Source: Coniocarpon cinnabarinum (lineage: Eukaryota). From it: 50,629 nt of DNA. Within the stretch, counting starts at the first letter, position 1. The number at the start of each line of letters is the position of its first letter. Shown one piece after another: positions 1 through 11,308 of the stretch. A program made the translations under genes and the position numbers. Below the pieces are notes generated by a model. The model was not told where the DNA came from, searched no databases, and saw only the letters and a program-made list of their open reading frames with translations. The stretch covers positions 1 through 50,629 of the forward strand of contig JAVECO010000168.1 of NCBI GenBank assembly GCA_051942205.1, given 5' to 3'.

Positions 1-775
1 ACCCACCCTCTCCCCCGCCCCTGGCATTGCACTCACCTCTGGCTTCCGCCAGGGGTAGTGCAATACCGGCGTCGGTAAGCACCAGTGTCGCCTGTATTGC
101 ACTACCTCAGGCTGACGCGACCCTTTTCATCGTTGCGAGGTCTGAGGACTTGGCACCGAGGAAGAGGGTGTTAGCGCGGCTTTCTCTCTTGGCACAGAAC
201 TCCTTTCTCTGGCGTCGTCCCCCTTTACCTGGCCTTGTTCTCCCTTACGTTCACGGCGTTCGGCAGTCCACGCCGGCTTATGCTTCGGAGTCTTTCCGAG
301 GTCCATCAGCGCTGATCGCGCACATTCGACGTATTGACGGCCTACACTATTGCTTTCACGAGCAGTCTCGCCAGATTGAGGGACGCACTGATGGATGTTT
401 GGATATGGAAACCTCTCCCACGCGACGCGAGCACGATAGTGAAGTCCCAAACTCGTATGTCGTCTACAGGGAGGGCACTCAAGAGCGCAATGTCATTGAA
501 GCAGGGCCACCCATGGACGAGGCAACCGGAGGAGGGCCGTGTAGCTGGTTGCGAACGAGGCAAACTCGTATCCGCCAGGCTGAGAACCCGTCAATGTCGC
601 CGCACTTCGAATACAAAATCCATTGATGCTCTCACTCTTAGATATCTATCATGAAGACGCCGATTTCGTCATTTCAGCCAGCAATCGTTGAATCTGACAG
701 CTGCTTCTTTCAATTGCGCCAGCCACTGGGAACAAGGTCAATCTCTGCGTTGCTAGTCATGATCTGAATGCCATC

Positions 776-2290
776 ATGGATCCTGTGTCTGCATTCTCCA
801 TCGCGTGCGGCGTTTCGGACCTCCTCAGCTTCGGCTTCAAGCTTATAGGCTGCTGGCAGCAAATTTTCCGTGATGCATCAAACGCTGGGATTGATGGACT
901 TTGTGATACCGTGCGTATCCTAGACAAACTGATGACGACGATGAGCACAACCTTGGAAGAATCCACAGAACACGATCAACTCTCTGTTGCGGACAGACAG
1001 CTGCATGACCTAGCCCTCAACTGTTCTCAGACGACGAGGAAGCTTCTGGAGTTAGTTCGTCCCCTAAAATGCAGTGGCCGGCCCAGACGACGTGAGGCAC
1101 TCCGGCTCGCTCTGCAGACCTTTAAACAGCGTGGGAAAATGCAAGGGATTCAACGAGAGCTCGACGGGTATCAGCATACAATCAACACAGCTATGATGAT
1201 AGATATGAGGTAACTAGTGTATCGGGCCGTGCCTTTCGCATCCCGTCCACTGATTGCAGATCCTGCATAGACTTCGCACGGCTACAATCATTGATGAGAC
1301 TCGTGTACACCACGAACAGTTGAGCCGTGACATGCGAGCCTTGGTACTTGCCGTCGATCACAATATGAGAGATTTCGCAGAATTCAACCAATCCGTGCGC
1401 GAAGGGTGGGTCGCAGACGTTGGTTTGACTTCCAGCGGAGATTCAGTACTTCCATCTCAGGGCCCACATGGAAGAAGTGAGTATCGCCATGAGATCAACA
1501 CAGATATGCAAGTGGCCGGGTCAAAAGCTGCTCCGTATCGGCAAAGACTTTCGACAGCGGTGAACGAAGTGGCGACGCGAGGGTTTGCGTTTGCAGAGGA
1601 TATGTCTAAAATCGGACACGTCGTCGACCCTGAAACTTTGCCATGCATCTGGAATCTATGTCCACCTGTTTGTCAGAGTGAGACCGAGATTGGCTTAGTG
1701 ACTTGGCTGTGCCGCGGCGATGGAGAGTGCACCACAGACGGGAACCGAAACTCAGGTACAGCCAAGTCGTTCCCATGAAGGTTGCACGAAATGCATGCTG
1801 AACAAATGACAGAAGGATCAATCTACATGAGATCTTCTTATCAGTCCAGGTGCAACACGTGTTTATTAGATGAATGGAGCCGAGACGAGGGATGGACAAT
1901 CGCTCATCATTACTTCCAGAGTGCAGAATCTAACCTAGCGCAGTGTCTAGAAGAGTCTCTCGGCAGCCTCTTGCACCCCCTTTCGGATGCTGGCTATGAC
2001 TTTCGGTTGCTTGCTTATGGACTTTTCCAGGCATTGAATGACGACGAAGGAACTACATCATTCTATGATCACAGTGCCTTTCTTTTGTGCCTCAAGACTC
2101 CTGTCAGCGAAGTTGAGGACACGATCTGAACGAGATGTATGCCGGATCGCCTCTAACAGTTTCACTTGCGAGACTCAGCGCGACCACAAAGCAAGGTACC
2201 CAAGACCTCTACGCCTCTACTCTTCCTCTGCTGGTCCGTACGGAGGTGACACCCCGTAAAGACCAAGGGTACGGTTTTCGAAATGGTCAT
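776..2290 (+). pseudogene. Decayed fungal NLR-type gene (HeLo-like/SesA-type N-terminal domain plus degenerate NACHT)
   Basis: Exon 1 776-1209 (MDPVSAFSIACGVSDLLSFG...) is a typical STAND N-terminal helical domain. A phase-2 intron 1210-1270 (GTAACT...CTGAT...CATAG) joins it in frame to ORF 1254-1778. The NACHT-like segment VTWLCRGDGECTTDGNRNSGTAKS has a decayed P-loop. After an in-frame TGA at 1776-1778 comes LLDEWSRDEGWTIAHHYFQ...LGSLL. KDQGYGFRN at 2258-2284 matches KDIIHGFRN in the neighbouring NACHT gene. The 3' end is uncertain. Confidence 0.72.
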
Positions 2291-4161
2291 GGCGAGAGCT
2301 GATGACTTCTGTTGTGCACGGTACACTGTGAATACGATTCGTGCTCCACCGTTTCAATCCCACAGAAGCTCACCAGAGAATCCTCTATCGGACTGTACGA
2401 GCCTGAGAAATCCGCCTCACATCCGGACATAATACGGGTCAAACGCCTCAAGATGGACCACCCCGCGCATGGGCATCGATAGGAATACAGGTCTTCAGCT
2501 CACACCAGGTGCTACGCGTACAGTCAACAGCACGGGTCTTCGCAAAAGTCAGATTGCCGCTTTCGACAACTACTACTACTTATGACTCGTGATCCTTTCC
2601 GACATCCGGACGCTATCAATTTCCAGCTGTCTCTACGGGGTACCCCGCAGGTCTGGATGGTGCTTATAGGGGCACGAGCGTAGCGAGACGAGCTCGCTAA
2701 GCACGATGTGGCGGTAGAGTACAGTCTCAAGGTAAAACGAAGTATCGTCGTCACGCGAGATGACTTGCACGCGACGGGCCATGAACGCGTCCCATTGGAA
2801 AATGGCAGTGAGATACATTGGATCACGCCATACAGAGTGATGAGGGTATACCGAGCACGACTTCCAGTATCGCATGTTCAGACGCTATTCCTACACGAGG
2901 GAACGTCTTGATATGATACTGCTGTTACGTAGAAACGCACAAATCATTCCACGACAGCTATCTCGCAGATTAGCAGTTCATTCCTTCCCTCAATGGGCGC
3001 GCTCTCCATACGCGGCCCAATCTATACAAGTCAGAAATTTCCGCGAAAGAGGCTCTGCTCCATTGACGTGCATTCCAAAGCCCTGACAGCAGCCGACAAC
3101 GTCTAAACAGCTTAATTATACAGTATACTATCCCCTGTCAACGACTACGCTTCAAAGCCTTGGCACGGAAATGGGAAATGTCGATGAAGCTCTGGAAGAG
3201 CCATTCCACTGCACTGGTTATAAACTTCTAACACAGTAGCAGCAGATCGCCGATGTTCCAATGGCTTGACTTGCACACGCGCTATTGCGTAGTGACCATT
3301 GCAGCAGAGACTGTTGGTCGAAAATCTGAGCTGTGGGTCTGAAGTTTGCAAGCAAGTAGAAGAAGGGTCTGCAAGGAGATAGTCGACGCTGTGGTTGTAT
3401 ACTTGACACATTCGTGCAGCTTGCTATTGAAGTTTTGTGGACTTTGATGGCACCCCCACTACTCCGTGTTCAAATCTATTTGTTCAAGGGTTAAGCTTAG
3501 ACTTATGGTCCGCTTGACTGCATGACTGGACCCAGTATCAACGAGGAAGTTCGGAAACGAGAGTCTCTATGCTTTGGTTTTATACTTCGAAATCTTTAGC
3601 AACTTACTGGCAAAGTTTGGATAGCACTTATGACATACTTACCTATGCTGTAATGATATTCCCAAATCTGCAGCAGCTTACTGGCAACGTCCTACTAGCG
3701 CTTGTATCGTACATTATCATTTCATCAGAACCGCTGCACATTGAAAGCCTGAGCTGAGCGGCTGAAACGGAGTAAAATTCAATGAGATTCTGAGTGAAGA
3801 GCCCAAGTCCGTCGTTTAATATCCTCAGAAAATCTGGCAGCTGACCGTCGATGACCAAATGGCTTCCACAGTACACAACATAAAACTTTGACCGAGAGTC
3901 CTTCTCTTGCTCCATTCTACATGTCATTGCCCATGCTTGGCCTTCCTCAAAATCCCATCACCATCAAGGGCACCCATCCACATTCCTGTACTGCATAAAA
4001 CCCTCGTAGCGCCAGTTCTTGCAATTTGACACGCCGCCTTGCGTCACTTTAGAAGCGCGCAGACTCGAACTTGAGCTATAACGCGCGGTATTGTCGGCTC
4101 TTCAACTACGAACTTTTCATGATCGTCAGACCCGGTTGCGGCATAGAAATTGACGAGGACG

Positions 4162-7100
4162 TTAGCAATGCAGCAATGCTTCAAGCTGCAAGAGTCGCGC
4201 TGGCCGCTCGAAGACGTGGAAACTGAAGTAGTGGCTCATCATGTTCATTTTGGCGCATCCGGCCAGTTGCGTTTGCATAAAACGTGCCGGCCCCTCGAGA
4301 AGTTGTCTATTTTGGAACGGGCCACGACTTCGCGACTCTCTTTCGCAATCCTCGTATCTAACACTATGGGTGAGGATCAGCGGCTCGGACAAATACTCTG
4401 TGCCTTCGTGAAAAATATCTGTCCCCGCAAATGGGTCCAGGTTGTCACTTTCATAGCAAATGGTCTTATATCTTCTGCACATCTCGGTATGATCTCGATC
4501 ATTCTTGTCAAAGCCTGATGGGTTCATCCAGCTCAATTCTGACGCCAATAGCAATGAGGCGCTTATGAAGGTGGATTGTCGTGTTGAAAGCTCTTCAAAA
4601 CTGGTTGGTCTCGTGCGCTCCACCAATAGCGTCTCGTAAGGCATAGTCTGGCTCACACGGCCGAGGCAGGGCCAGGTCAAGCGTTCTTCCTCAATGACAC
4701 CGAAATCTTTTGAAAATCCTATTATGTGGTCAATGGCTATGGTGCTGGAAGATTGCATTTTTGCGATGAGCTGTCTCCTGAGACGGCGAGGCAACCGAGG
4801 CTTTGGATGATAGAATGGGTATGTTTCGTCGGGTTTGGCAAGCCCCATGCGTCGTGTGAAATATACCAAGTCAATTGCGCGGATTGCATTGACGTGACAT
4901 ATGAACGAATCCAGTGTGCCTGGAGCACACCTTCTAATGTACAGGCCCTCGTTAAGGTCGGCATTTGTCGACATATAATGTTCTAACAGTTTCTGTACGT
5001 TCATGCGTGTTGGTCGCCCGTCGCTGGGTGTCTTTAGCTGGCTTGCATTGATGAATGAGTTCCGCAAAAGTCGATCCAGGAAAAGCGACCAGGAGGAAAG
5101 TACTTCCAGTCTGGGTCGTAATATCCGGTATTGCCTCATGGGCTTGGCACCGATCTCTAGAAGCTGTGTGCCTAGCTGGATTGCGCCCATGATGGATTCC
5201 TTGCGGCCGAAAACATCACCTGTGCCGTGCTCTTCGCCGATCCAAGCACACATATGTGGGCCCAGATTGGTGCAGAACAAAAGGTACGTCAAATATTCTT
5301 CATGTTGAAATTGATTAGGGCACCTGACTTGACTCACCACGTAGTGACGCAACCCAAGTGCAGCGCAAATACCCAATTCGTCTTTCACAAAATCTTCATA
5401 GCGCTTGCACAACAATGACCTGTTGCAAGGGCACGTTTGCCAGCAGTTGAGATTGAAGCGATGTACCCAGGATATTGCGGATTTGGTTGTTGGACCGAAT
5501 ACTTGGGGAAGCGTGCCCTTGAGCATCTTAGCGGCATCTTGCAGGCCTTTCAATACTTGATTCATCAATTGTGTGTTATGGCGGTGGGTTTGCTGCTCGT
5601 TGGCAGCTGCCATGCAGAAAATTCGGTGAACATGTTTGAAATCTAGGTGTGACGCCGAAGGTTTCGCGATTGCAATGAGCTCCACGTGGCGAAGAAGACC
5701 TTTAATGAGCGCAGCCGGGGCAGAGAAAGAAGCATCTGTGTATTCTTTCAAAAACATCCGACCTTTGTCACTATTTAGCAAAAAGTCCTGCGCCGTCCTA
5801 TGTAGGAGGCGCACGTAGTCGTGAGGTGCATGCGTCAGCGCATTGTCGTCGTTCGAGTCATTCAAATTGATCCTCTCTTTAGCAAAGCGAACGTCATCGC
5901 GTTCGTCGTGCAAGTAGGCCACCCTTGGGTATTGTGTAGGCTCAATAGTCAAGAAACAGTCGCAGCGAGCATTCAAGTACCGACGCATGTCGTTGAAACA
6001 TTGGTCGATTCGCATTTTAGGCTCGATTTCTTTGTAGGCTTTTCCGAGCTGCTGCGCAAAATCGACCTGATTATCGCCTGGCTCCTTTAGAGAAATAAGG
6101 AGATCCATTAGCGAAAGTTCCTTCTTGTGGCTTGCGAGAACGAGGTTCAGACATTTGGCAGTGCTCTTAAGATAGTTCTTGTCAATACGGTCAACTAGTT
6201 GAGCATAGAGCTCGTCCATTTCCCTACTTGAGCTTTGAACTCTATTCCGCAGCTCGAACAAGCTGTCTCGATTTCGAAATCCGTGAATTATGTCTTTGAC
6301 GACGAGCTCGACCCACAGGAAAACACCTTCTGCTTGGGAGATAATCAACTGTATCAATGCCTCAGAATTGACGGGATCTTCATCTTCAAAGCCTTGCCAG
6401 CGCGGATGTTGGCGAAGCTTGCAATCAACGTAAGTTTGAACATCCGTCCGCGTCAAGTCTTGGAGTCGTAGTCCAGGCACGTTCGCAAAAGTCTCAGCAA
6501 AAATTGGCGATGGCCGACTTGAGATGCAGAATTTCACGTTCTCTCAAAGACTGAGCTCGAGTAGGAGCTCTAATAAGTCTTCCAGTCTGCCCTGATTGCA
6601 GGTGAGTTTCCTGAAGGGCCAAGTTGTCGTCGCAAAGAAGTACAATTACGAGTCGGGATCATGCTATTACTTACATCACATTCGTCCAACCCGTCAAGAA
6701 AAAAGCAGAAGTAAGCTGAATCTATGCTCTGAGTGGTGAGTGTCCGCAGCGCGTGGCGCAGCGTTTTCTCTGTCCAATCAGGAACATCGCCAGTCATCCA
6801 ACCTGCGAAGTCTGTCTTCAAAGACGCCAGGGTCGTTGCCATTAGTGCTGGGTCTTCCAGAAAAATCTGATGAACGAGAGCTCTCATCGCCCCAACATAC
6901 GACTTTTGTTTCTCCGTGCCCGGTTTCCAGAAGTAAAATGATGGACAAATCAGCTTATGATCTGCCGACCACTGCCTCAAATATTGGCGCGTTCTATCAT
7001 CGTGCACGACAAAGTTGAGCAGAGTGCTCTTCCCAGCCCCAGGCTTCCCTTGGATCCAATAAAGATCTTGATCGTTCTGGAGCCATTCGACAAGGCTATC

Positions 7101-7933
7101 GCCGCAAGTAAGTGGTTTCAGGCTATTCAGTGCCAAGTCGTAGGTCGAGAGATATCTCTCATGTATGTCTAGCTGACGCTGTCTCATATTGGCAAAACTC
7201 AAGCTGCGAAGCACATGGTCACGCTGTCGTTCATCAACGTATTGCCTATTGGAGTGCTTGATTTCATCGTCTACGTCGCTTAGGATCTGTTTTGTTCTTT
7301 GTTGTTCACGGGAAAGCAGTTCCTGCTGCTGTTGCAAACGGTCAGTGTAGGTCCTCTGACTGACTGTGCTATGAAGTTGCAGTTGATTCAGCTGCCCGAG
7401 CATTCTGGTCCCATTGAGGAGGCTGGATCGAGTATCCGTGCTGTGGACATTGAGTGTCAGCAGATGCTTCACTGGTCGAATTTGCAAACGCCATGACCAA
7501 CCAACCCAATCTGAGTAAGATACATCATGGTCAAGGTATCACGCTGATGTTTAAGTCGTTTCAGCATATCTTTCAACGGCTTGCGTTGATTCAAAGATTT
7601 CAATGAGCCCGACACCATATATCGTCTCGAGCCAGAGATGACTTGGACATCTTTCAGACGTCCTTCGATTCGTGCAGCATCGTCGAGACACCTTTCAACT
7701 TGTGTCTGCAGCGTCGCGGTCGCTGGAGACTGCGAAGAATTTTCATCAGCACTCAGAGACTCCTTCACATGCTTACAAGCGTCGGAAATAAGCTTGACTT
7801 GGTCTCTGATATCCGCGTCTGTATTCGTGTGTCCGTGCTGATAAACATGGTAGCAAGTCTCTGCTCCACGTATACTGTAATCAATGAGCTGTAATGCCCC
7901 AACTGTCACGCTTAAAATTGTGACTGGATCCAT
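4162..7933 (-). CDS. Fungal NLR-like NACHT NTPase (HeLo-like/SesA-type N-terminus, NACHT, helical/winged-helix region, unassigned C-terminus) with one in-frame TGA at 6546-6544; possibly a recent pseudogene
   Basis: Exons 7933-7506, 7440-6675 and 6591-4162, with introns GTTGGT..CTGAC..CAG and GTAAGT..CTCAC..CAG. Motifs: Walker A YWIQGKPGAGKSTL, SFYFW, Walker B FFLDGLDEC, VKFCISSRP, LRLQDLT, AEGVFLWV, LHRTAQDFL. Confidence 0.9.
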
Positions 7934-8542
7934 ACAACAATTCACCGTCGTTCAGGTTTCGAAAGAATGGCCTGGAAGTCTCCACACCACCAAAGAGGAA
8001 CAGGCTTGTTTGTGAAGGAGCGAAGACCAGGACATGCGTGTTTGACGTGTATCAGCCTCAAATGTGGCAATATTTACCCCTCACGATCAGCGCCTGGTGC
8101 AACGGAGTACATGTGCATGTTGCAGCACCCAGAACTCATGCATATCGTTGTATCCACGTCATGTACGCCCATGGCCTTGATATACTTGGATCAAAAGTGC
8201 GTATGCTCTCGTCTGGAGACAATAATACCTTTTCAGATACGCTTCGCATGGTGGAATGCATTATGACGAATTCTGTTCGCCTGCAGGTCCATGTGTACTA
8301 CATCTTCAGCTGTTGGAACCCGCAGCAAAATCTGTCGATAGCTTACCATTCCTGACCGAGTGCTTAGCGTGCTAGCGCCGAATAGGTACTAAAACGTGGA
8401 AAATGCCGAATATCGAATCGCTTTCCACATGTACATCGCTTAACACAAGCGAGCGTGACTTTGCAGATGTCCAGGTGCCCCACTTCCGCCTGAGGACCAG
8501 ACTCTGATATGCTGTTAATCATTAGTCATGTAATGCCCTACT

Positions 8543-10464
8543 TCATGCAGCAGCCTCAGCCCGTGCTTCGCCCCTTTCATCTTCTTCTACACGTTCTGCA
8601 CGCCCTTCATCTTTTTCGGCTTCTCCCATCTCCACATCGTCTTTCGCATCTTCACCGACTGCAGGCAGCTCCACCTCCCCACCTTCATGCCTCTTTGCAG
8701 CAGATGTCACCTCTTCACCGGCATCCCCCATGTCGACGTCTTCGTCGTCAGGAGCTTGGCTGACATCACTCGCGAGAGCGCCGTCATCTTCTTTCTGTGC
8801 AACTTCATCACGCTGCCCATTCATTTCGTTCAAAGGCGGAGGAGCTGGCGTTCCATCAGCTGCCTGATCGTCGGGTACCGCGTTGGGGTTTTGGTAATCC
8901 ATGATGTTTCGTCTTTGTGGAGCTCTAGGTTGTCTTGTAATGCCAAGGTCGCCACCTTCTTCTTCATCATCTTCGCTGTCACTGAACTCGTCGTCTCTTG
9001 TAATTTCTTTGTCTTTAGAACGCTGTGTCTTCCGCACATCCTTGTTCTCATCTTCTTCCAGGTCATCCAGTTCGTCGTCTTGCTCCTCAACGTCGTTGAG
9101 TCCAGGAAGATCGCGAGGTGTCTCCTGCATTTGGACTGAAGGGGCAAACTTGGTCCTGCTTAAGTTTTCGATGATCGCGTTCTTAATCTTGCCAAGGTAC
9201 TCGGGCGAGTTTGCGTTGTCCATATTTGATGATCGTACGTCTAGTTCATAGTCAGGGGCAAAGTACTACAGATGTTAGTCATGATCAGCCCCAGCTAGTT
9301 GTCATTGCACAAACTTCGTAGTATTCATTGTAAGGTAGCGTGGGCGCAAGATCCTGCCCTACCAGCAGACCAGTCTCGTACGCCCACGTCCGCGCAACGT
9401 TGCGCATTGTGTATCCGCCTCCGCCAAGGACGAGGACGGGCAAGCCAAAGCTCTTGACGAACTTTACACAATTTGCGTGACCTTTCATACTCAAGTTGAA
9501 GCAGCCTAATCTGTCACCAGATAGACTGTCGCCTCCACACTGCAACACCACCGCGCCTGGCCGATACCAGTCCATGACATGTTGGATGATTGGTTCGAAG
9601 ATATTCTTGTAGCTGTCATCATTTATACCGTCTCGTAAAGGGAAATTGACAGCGTAGTATTTGCCTTTTCCAACGCCAACATCTCGGAGCTCGCCAGTGC
9701 CAGGGAAGTACTCGCCGTACTTGTGGAAAGAGACAGTCATGACCCGGTCCGTTGTATAGAATGCCTCCTCGACGCCGTCTCCATGGTGAACATCGATATC
9801 AATGTACAGCACACGCTCTTTGTGACGCAGTAACTCTAGTATGCCTAGAACAATATCTGGCAGTCGAGTCAGCAACAGGTTGCTATGCTCCAAACACATA
9901 AAACGCCCTAACAGACCATTGACGTAGCAGAAGCCGCTAGCTTCCGATTTTTTGGCATGATGCAAGCCTCCGGCCCAATTGACTGCGATATCGCACTTGT
10001 TCCTAACCAATCGAGCAGCACCTTCCATACTGCCTCCCGCGCTGATGCCGCAAAACTCGAAAAGGCCGTCGAATACAGGACAATCGTCCCCGACATTGAA
10101 TTTGCCCTGCTCTTTCGCATAGTTGTCCATGTTGTCGGGAGTTATTCGGGAGAGGAAATCGATGTAATCGTCTGAGTGAAACTGGGTCATTTCGAACTTG
10201 TTGGCCGGCTTCGCGCGCTAGAAAGAGTGTCAGCGCGAAGCTGGACAGTCAGTGTCTAGCCAAACTCACAAATATCTCCATCTTCTTGTACAGCCCCGTG
10301 TTCAAGATCAAACTGTGTGCTATTCGGATGCGGTGCGGCTTCATCGGATGACCAGACGTGTATGCAAAATTTCCAACGTCCGAGTCGTAGAAGTAAGCCA
10401 CTTTACCCGATTTACTGCTGCCATTGGTGGCTGCGCCGTCGAGCGGAGGCCCCAGAGAGGCCAT
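8543..10464 (-). CDS. RPD3: Class I histone deacetylase RPD3/RpdA
   Basis: Exons 10464-10270, 10217-9917, 9856-9315 and 9265-8543 with canonical splice sites. Motifs [45 protein letters not shown], and an acidic C-terminal tail. Confidence 0.97.
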
Positions 10465-10543
10465 GCCGTGGTTTGCGCAGAGGAAGGAAGAAGAAAGTCG
10501 AGCCACAAGCGCAAGAGCTCTAGAAATGACAGCGATCGGCGCT

Positions 10544-10595
10544 CTAGCGCGGCAGGGGTCTCGGGAGCGCGCTAGCTCTTTTTCGATCTAGCGCG
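10544..10595. promoter_or_regulatory. Three CTAGCGCG motifs (one inverted) just upstream of RPD3
   Basis: CTAGCGCG at 10544-10551 and 10588-10595; CGCGCTAG at 10568-10575; 80-130 bp upstream of the RPD3 ATG. Confidence 0.35.
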
Positions 10596-10699
10596 TTTGC
10601 ACCAGATGATGTTATTTGCGGGAGCTGCGCCTCATAGTCAAGTCATTTGAGCAGAAGCTCGCCCTCTACTTCAACGCAAAATGGGGTCAAGGATTTAGA

Positions 10700-10729
10700 A
10701 GTCTCGAGAAAGTCTCGAGAAAGTCTCGA
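10700..10729. repeat. 11-bp tandem repeat (AGTCTCGAGAA, ~2.7 copies)
   Basis: Read directly: agtctcgagaa agtctcgagaa agtctcga. Confidence 0.8.
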
Positions 10730-11308
10730 CCTCTGAAGACAAAAGTGTAATTGTGATACTGCAGCATTTGCGCCACGAATTCTGATACCAAGCTCTGCAC
10801 TTTCTTGGCGCTGCAACACGTGACTGCATTTTTTCACGTGATTCTTGCTACGACCGACCACAGCGAAGGTCGCAGACAAAAACATGTTCGCGTAGCAAGG
10901 CGGTGCGAAGGCAGTCAAATTGCAGCTCATAGATAATAGGTAGCAGAGCTGTAGGCTCGACTTAGGCCAAGACATCTCTTTAGCTAGGTCATAGCGCTTA
11001 GTATATCTCTGCAATACCACTACAAGAACGATAAGTTGAAAGGAGCACTCCATAGGTGAAAGAATCGTGAAGACGATCAGAAGCACTGAGTACGTCCTGA
11101 AGACGCTTGTCCTCTACCAGACGCAAGTATCATACACGATTCACAGCACGCACATGCTTCCGATTTCTCTCATGCTGTTGTTACCGTTGACACACCATCG
11201 TATGGCATATCCCTTCCCAACGCCATGCATGCTACACTCCCACGATAATCGATACAGTGCACCCTTCTCCGGTTCGATACTCCATCATGCAAAATGCAAA
11301 AGCCCAAA

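Noticed and set aside
27..626. 199-aa + strand ORF
   Set aside because: Non-ATG start, no recognisable motif, and overlapping ORFs of similar quality; cannot be supported as a gene.
2300..4100. Short ORFs between the two NACHT genes; YTEHDFQ near 2855-2870 faintly resembles HRTAQDFL
   Set aside because: Too degenerate to extend the pseudogene with confidence.
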